Shown here piece by piece: positions 56,973 to 64,000 of a stretch of DNA of 64,000 nucleotides (within the stretch, counting starts at the first letter, position 1; the number at the start of each line of letters is the position of its first letter). Origin of the DNA: Negativicutes bacterium. GTDB taxonomy: Bacteria; Bacillota; Negativicutes; UBA1444. Location of the stretch: NCBI GenBank assembly GCA_963665275.2, contig CAXXIN010000008.1, positions 1 to 64,000 on the forward strand, in the 5' to 3' direction. The position numbers and the translations under genes are program-made. The notes under the pieces were generated by a model that worked only from the letters and a program-made list of their open reading frames with translations, made no database searches and was not told where the DNA came from.

Positions 56973-58331
56973 CTATTTTACTATCTTGCCGCCGGTCGTA
57001 AGCGTCCCCACGCGCACGATGCGGTCCGTCCCGTCGAATTCGTCAGTGGATATTTTTTCGCGCTTGATTTCCTTCTGTCCCTGCATATGGATACGCTGTA
57101 CTGTGACGACGAAGCCATTGCGTCCTTCCGATTCTACGATTTCCTGCCCCAGTAGCAGCTTCGGATCTTGCAGCATGATCGTATGCGGCAGTTGGACGGT
57201 CTTTTCGGTAGACTCAATGTGAATCGTCGGTTCACCCTGTTCCCGTTTCCCGTAAAGGCGAATTTCCAAAATTCCCGCCTCAGCGACGCTCTGGAGATAG
57301 ACCGCTTGCTTCCGTACGTTCTTGAGCTTAAGATCAATTTGTCCGTCAGCAACGGTAGCATCCTGCCCTAACGGGACGTACGATGGCGGTTGATAATGAG
57401 GACTGCGCTCAATAACTGAAAAACCAGCCAGCAAGGCTGCATTATACAAAGTACTCGATACCTGACACACTCCACCGCCCCAGTCCATAACGACTCCCGT
57501 GCTTGATAGCGTCGGCGCCATTTGGTATCCTCGCTCCGGTGTGCGCAAGCCAATGCGATCGTTGAAAGACAAAGTTTCTCCGGCCCTAACCAGAACACCC
57601 GTCAAGTTTGCGGCCGCGACCTGGATATTGCGCGATCGGCTGGCATCTGAGGCGTCATAGGTAGTTGTAAAAGAGGCCAGGCGACTATCAATACCTTTCA
57701 GGTCCTGCGCGCGGATCGCTGCCTGCACTTCCTTTGCTACCAGGGAAACAGGGGTTGCACTGCCCGAAACGGCTGCCAGTTCAAGCGCAACCATAGTACT
57801 TTCAACATCCGTTTTGCGTCCGGCCCTGTCAGCCGTGATAATCAATCCCGCCGGATGTTCTTCAATAGACGCATCCACAGCTTCCCGATCCACGGAAGCC
57901 GCCGCATTAATCACCAGTATCCGAAGTTTATCACGATCGACCATTAATTCCAGCGGCACAACCGCACCGCCGTGACTCGTGCCAATTTGCTCGCGAAGTC
58001 TCGCCATCAGGTTTCCTGCGCGCCCAATCCCATACGCCTGACGCACCAGATGCGACGCGTCAGGACTACCGGAAACAAAATCCCAGTCAACCGGCCACGT
58101 TTTATCTTCGAACCGCAGCGCAGCAACCGGCTTGGACTGTTTATCCTTTAGCGCAGCGGCGACTTTCATCTCCGCCTCTGCAACCGGCAACCCCCCTACC
58201 GAAACATCGGCGATAAAAAGGCCGCGACAAAGTTTGCCGGAATAAGCCAATGCATAATCGCCGGCGACCAGCAGCACACCACCCAAGAAAAGAATCAGCA
58301 GGAAATAACCGACAAGCTTCTTTACATACAT
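56973..58331 (-). CDS. VanW family protein with PG-binding and G5 domains
   Basis: N-terminal TM; RSRNI, SFN, GGGVCQVSSTLYNA, GQDATV and DLK motifs; C-terminal G5-like ..RIVRVGT. Confidence 0.9.
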   Translation of the reverse strand: MYVKKLVGYFLLILFLGGVLLVAGDYALAYSGKLCRGLFIADVSVGGLPVAEAEMKVAAALKDKQSKPVAALRFEDKTWPVDWDFVSGSPDASHLVRQAYGIGRAGNLMARLREQIGTSHGGAVVPLELMVDRDKLRILVINAAASVDREAVDASIEEHPAGLIITADRAGRKTDVESTMVALELAAVSGSATPVSLVAKEVQAAIRAQDLKGIDSRLASFTTTYDASDASRSRNIQVAAANLTGVLVRAGETLSFNDRIGLRTPERGYQMAPTLSSTGVVMDWGGGVCQVSSTLYNAALLAGFSVIERSPHYQPPSYVPLGQDATVADGQIDLKLKNVRKQAVYLQSVAEAGILEIRLYGKREQGEPTIHIESTEKTVQLPHTIMLQDPKLLLGQEIVESEGRNGFVVTVQRIHMQGQKEIKREKISTDEFDGTDRIVRVGTLTTGGKIVK

Positions 58332-58430
58332 TTCCCATCTCCGACAACATCGTCGTTTTGAAAGACTGCGAATCCCCGCGTATGCGGGGATTCGATTCAC
58401 ACAGACGCTACGCTTCTACACCCAAAGCCG

Positions 58431-59213
58431 TTACAGGCGCAGGTTCATCGTCAATTCAATCATCTTATCTTCGTCGCGGACTCTTTGCAATGTTTCTTCG
58501 GTGATCTCATTGCCCTGTTCGATGATGATACTGCCGTCATTCGCTGAAATACGGCGGTTTACTTTTTTACCGAGCAAGTAACGGCGCTGCTTTTCTTCGA
58601 ACAGTTGAGCCGCATCATCGCCTGAAGCCACTGCCGCAGGCATTGCCGGCGCAGCCACTGTTTCCGCTCCACCAAAAGAGTTGGCAGGAATGGAGCGCGA
58701 CACGAGACCTTCCATCGGTCTTCCACTACCGGGGCCTCTACCGGAAGGATCGGCAGAATCGCTGACAATCAGTACATCCTTGCCAAAGGTGACAATCTGC
58801 TGAACAGAGATCTGAAAACGTTCTCCGATATTTTCTTCCACTTCACAACTATTGATGTGTCCGGTCTCATCTATCGCAATTTCCACAACTTTTCCGCCCA
58901 TATGCCCAGACCGGGTCAATGTCCGGGTTCCGATCACCTTGACTCCTACGGACATCAATTGCTCCAACCGGGGAATCGTAGCGACTGCGATCAGACTGCT
59001 CGTGGATTCCACGGTTACCGCCGACTCGCCCAAACCGGTAATCGCATTGAACGGGAGCACCTTTGCGCCGAGGTACCAGGAACCATCGTCCACCACTAAG
59101 GCCACCACAGCACCCTGTGAAGCATCAATGACTAGATCTTTCACTGTACCGACCTGTTTCCCCTCGATGATGCTGATAACCGGCAGTCTGAGAATGTCCG
59201 CACTTTTTTTCAT
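58431..59213 (-). CDS. PRC-barrel domain protein
   Basis: LPVISIIEGKQVGTVKDLVID plus a second PRC repeat; C-terminal IIEQGNEITEE. Confidence 0.8.
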   Translation of the reverse strand: MKKSADILRLPVISIIEGKQVGTVKDLVIDASQGAVVALVVDDGSWYLGAKVLPFNAITGLGESAVTVESTSSLIAVATIPRLEQLMSVGVKVIGTRTLTRSGHMGGKVVEIAIDETGHINSCEVEENIGERFQISVQQIVTFGKDVLIVSDSADPSGRGPGSGRPMEGLVSRSIPANSFGGAETVAAPAMPAAVASGDDAAQLFEEKQRRYLLGKKVNRRISANDGSIIIEQGNEITEETLQRVRDEDKMIELTMNLRL

Positions 59214-59280
59214 CAATAACCCTCCAAATATGTATTATTATGATTGCATACGGTCGCCCGCAAATAACCCCTGCTCAAAT

Positions 59281-60191
59281 TTATCGCTTACTGGCAACGG
59301 TTTCAGCCCGAAGCTCCGCTAATTTTTGTTCGAAAATCTCAACCAGCTTCCCCTGTCTCTGAATTTCCGGTTTGTGCAGGATTTCAGTCAGCTCTGCTGC
59401 CGCTCTCGCGTAATCGCCCTGGCTCTGCAAAATACTCACAATCTCGGCAACCACCATCGGCATCGCATCGTTCCCGATATAAAGATGTTTGATCAACTGG
59501 AAGGCTTCCAACGCACTGACCGGATGATTACGATTTTCTCTGCAAAAAGGCGAATTCGAGCAAATCTTCGAAAGAATCGGATGCAGGCTGTTCGATCTCT
59601 TCAATCTCTTCAGCTGCCGCCTCCACCAGGTTCGGTTGAACAAAGGGTTCAGCCTGAACCGAATCCAGCACCGGCCTTCCCGCAGTCTGTAACGTGTCTT
59701 TCTCTACCTCTTCATCTGTAACCGTCTGGTCAGGACCGGAAGTAATAGCATCCATCACTGTATGTGGTGAAGGTTCGGAGGGTTCCAACATATTCAGAGT
59801 ATCCATCTGGAATCTTTGAGTTTCCGGTTTACCGTCCACAATTATTCTCTCTGAAGTGTCGGGCGAACCAGTCCATGTGAAATCTGCTTCGGGAACAGCT
59901 TCAACAGCGCTTGCTGGCGAAATTGATCGAGACGCCTGCGTTCTGATGTCATAAGCGGCCGCCACCCAGGCAAATCCCAATGCACTGACTAGGGATATAC
60001 CCAAAGACCCCAACAAGCCAGCTGAGTGGAAAAAAAAATCCGGGCAATACCAATGAAATCAGCCATGCAAAGCCCACCAATAAAATCAGCAGACTGTACG
60101 ACAGATGAATATGAAACATCAACTCGGCCAGTTTATAGATGCATAGCGTTACCGCTGCAATTGCTAGCAATGGAATCAGAACAAATTCCAC
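59281..60191 (-). CDS. Hypothetical membrane protein with helical (TPR-like) C-terminus, split by two apparent frameshifts
   Basis: ORFs 59949-60191, 59528-60016 and 59281-59643 join into one protein if indels at the A9 run (60030-60038) and near 59540 are corrected. Confidence 0.6.
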
Positions 60192-60300
60192 CAGGGCCTC
60201 CTGTACCGTTACTTCTTCTCAAAGACACCTTTGTTTCAGCTTCGACATCATTCTCTTTTTTCCTTTTTATTATAAACATAATCTGCAAAAGGTTGGCAAT

Positions 60301-61177
60301 TTATAAGCTTCCCTCTCCCGGCGGACGAAAACTTGACTCAGACAATTCCAGCAATTCATCAATTGTCCTGATCATTTTTTCGCGGTCATCTGGTAAACGA
60401 CCATTTACCCATGCGTAATTAGAGTGGTGGTCACTGTAAAGAGCGGCCCCTTCCAGCGCAAGGTTCTCGATAAACCTCCGAGTTTCCTCAAGCGCCTGGT
60501 GGGGACGCAGTAACTGAAACTCCCCCCCTGCGAAACTGTTCATAAAGCGGAGTTTGCGGCATTGGAATCAGGGTTCGCAAGCGGATGAAGCGAGGTTTGA
60601 TGGCGTTAATAACTCTGGCGCTTTCCTCCGCATGTTCCCGGGTTCGTCCCTGGCCGGCGATTCCGATCAGCACGTACTCGCTCAACTCCATGTCGGCATC
60701 AACCACTTTTTTCCCTGCCGAAATGATTTCCGCCGCAGTCGAACCCTTGCAGATATTCTGCAAGGTTACGTCGTCACCGCTCTCCATCCCTGAATGAATC
60801 CTGTCAAGCCCTGCCTCACGAAGCGCTTGCAGTTCCACCGCTGATTTCAGGTTGAGATACTGGGCAGACCCATACATGGTAATCCGGGATAAATTCGGAA
60901 ACAATTCGCGGGCATAAGTCAAAACATCTACCAACTCAGGTGTTTTCATCAGGATAGTGTTCCCATCCGGCAGAAACAAGCTCTGTACTTCGCCGCCATA
61001 GCATTCGCGGGCGGCATCCAGATCCTGTTTAATATCCGCAACTGAGCGAATCCGAAATTTCTTGTCTTTGTACATGCCGCAAAAGGTGCAACGATTATGC
61101 GGACAACCGATAGTACATTGAATCAGGAGACTGTGTGCTTCGCTCGGCGGGCGGTAGATCATTCCTTCGTAACGCAT
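60301..61177 (-). CDS. Radical SAM protein, apparent frameshift at C7 run 60522-60528
   Basis: YRPPSEA, GCPHNRCTFC (CxxxCxxC), GMESG and C-terminal SDHHSNY motifs. Confidence 0.85.
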
Positions 61178-61442
61178 GCCAGTTCTCCTTTCCAACAACT
61201 ATGTTATCATTATAATAATATTGTTCTCTCAGCGCTATAGGCTGAATCAGTTTTGCAAGATCATCCTTTACGGATGAACGCTCTCCTTGTCATCGATACA
61301 ACGCATTGGCCTCTCTCGCACACCGTCCTTCTCAAAAACACATTTATAGTTAATATAAATATTTTTATTTTCACTATTGACACAATTTTTATCTCGTGCA
61401 ATAATTTATACAAAATACAAGACAATTAAATATTAAGTTATT

Positions 61443-61720
61443 GAACTGTGATGACTGGGAGCGGAGCAAAACGCATACTCGTTCCAGAGAGCCGGTGGTT
61501 GGTGCGAACCGGTACGAAGCGTTGACTCTAAATCACCCACGAACTGCTTGCCGAACTCGTCATCGATTGTCCGCGGACGATGTTGTAGGTTAAGACGTAA
61601 GACCTGCGTTAAAGGACAGCCGGTGATGGCCGGCGGCATGAGTAAAATGCAGGGTGGTACCGCGGAATCTCCGCCCCTGACGCTACGTTTAACAACGTTG
61701 TGTCAGGGGTTTTTGATTTT
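61443..61720 (+). promoter_or_regulatory. T-box riboswitch (probable Ile specifier AUC) upstream of the ilv operon
   Basis: AGAGAG and GGTGCGAA stem-I loops, specifier region TAA-ATC-ACCCA, T-box CAGGGTGGTACCGCG and terminator CCCCTGAC..GTCAGGGGTTTT. A TTGACA..AATAAT promoter starts at about 61377. Confidence 0.85.
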
Positions 61721-61744
61721 TTTGAAGGAAAAGGAGGGATTGTG

Positions 61745-62991
<1,247 letters not shown>

Positions 62992-62995
62992 CTTC

Positions 62996-64000
62996 ATGAA
63001 GCTGTCGGGCAGTCTAATCATTATCGAAATATTAAAAGAGCAGGGAGTCGATACGGTGTTCGGCTATCCCGGCGGCGCAATCATGCCTTTGTACGACGCC
63101 CTGTATGACGCTCCGCTGCGGCACGTATTGACAGTGCACGAGCAGGGCGCTGCCCATGCGGCGGACGGATACGCCCGCGCCTCCGGCAGGGTTGGCGTCT
63201 GCATCGCTACCTCGGGTCCGGGCGCTACCAATCTGGTGACAGGACTTGCCACCGCCTACATGGATTCTTCACCCGTCGTTGCCATCACAGGGGCAGGTTG
63301 GAACTCCCCTGCTAGGTCGGGACGCATTCCAGGAAATCGATATCACCGGTCTGACGATGCCGATCACCAAGCACAACTTTCTAGTCCGCAACGCCTCGGA
63401 TTTGGAGTCCATTCTCCGCAACGCCTTTTCCATCGCACGCGAAGGAAGACCTGGCCCGGTGTTGGTTGACGTACCGCGAGATATCTTACTGGCCGAAGCC
63501 GAGTTCACCTTCAGCGGCCCCGTCGATACCTTACCGCACACCGATGTCTCTGACGCTGAGCCCGCCAAAACAGACCTGGAAAAAGTTTTGGCCGCTCTTT
63601 ATGCGGCCAAACGTCCTGTCCTTCTTGCCGGCGGCGGAATTACCCGTTCAGGCGCCTCCTCCGAGGTCACCGACTTCTGTAAAAACGTCGGTATCCCTGC
63701 CGCCAGCACCTTGATGGGCCTCGGTTCACTCCCGTCCGATCTCCCGCATTATCTGGGGCTGACCGGCATGCACGGACACAAAGCTGCCAACCTGGCCATC
63801 GCAGCAGCCCGATCTGATCATTGCGGCGGGAAGCCGCTTCAGTGACCGGATAACCGGAGACCGTCTCCGATATGCAGAGGGCAAAACTATTATCCATCTG
63901 GATGTCGATGCCGCAGAGATAGGCAAAAACATAGACGCCGACGTCATAATCGTCGGCGACCTCTTGAAGACTTTTTCATTTATTAACCGTTCCCTGCTAA
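62996..64000 (+). CDS. ilvB: Acetolactate synthase large subunit (5' part, apparent frameshifts near 63290 and 63810)
   Basis: [45 protein letters not shown] and GMHG motifs. Confidence 0.93.

Noticed and set aside
54432-58394. Intergenic hairpins (54432-54464, 58369-58394) as a REP family
   Set aside because: They share no sequence with each other or with other hairpins in the window, and are better explained as individual terminators or stabilisers.

Overview
Core-genome stretch of a diderm Firmicute, most likely Negativicutes (Sporomusaceae/Selenomonadales-like). The evidence is the 16S sequence, an outer-membrane secretin next to CtsR/McsAB/ClpC/DisA and a T-box, and a fold-III Lys/Orn decarboxylase. 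Most genes are on the minus strand and follow the conserved Firmicute order: tilS-hpt-ftsH ... panCD-birA-coaX-dusB ... greA-lysS-rrn(16S-Ile-Ala-23S-5S)-tRNA-Arg(UCG) ... ctsR-mcsA-mcsB-clpC-radA-disA ... carD-yacL-glnS-ispDF-gltX-cysS-mrnC. A more accessory block (about 38-61 kb) holds an atypical Tad cluster, corA, a LarA-like/sugar-acid cluster and other genes. A T-box-controlled ilv operon starts at the right end. The most unusual element is the Tad cluster cpaB-cpaC-cpaE-tadB-degS-like, followed by flp. It lacks the CpaF motor ATPase, TadC and the prepilin peptidase. An orphan cytoplasmic DegS-type histidine kinase is translationally coupled to tadB where tadC normally sits, CpaE has an intact receiver domain, and a GGAC-N4-GTCC inverted-repeat box recurs in front of cpaB, flp and a downstream gene. 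Other oddities are an AdoMetDC homologue lacking the pyruvoyl-forming serine, a GluRS with a non-discriminating signature beside GlnRS, a panB-less pan operon and a 50-bp perfect palindrome. Frameshifts in cysS, ilvC, ilvB and two other genes cluster at both window ends and look like long-read consensus errors. All calls come from reading the sequence; no database searches were run.
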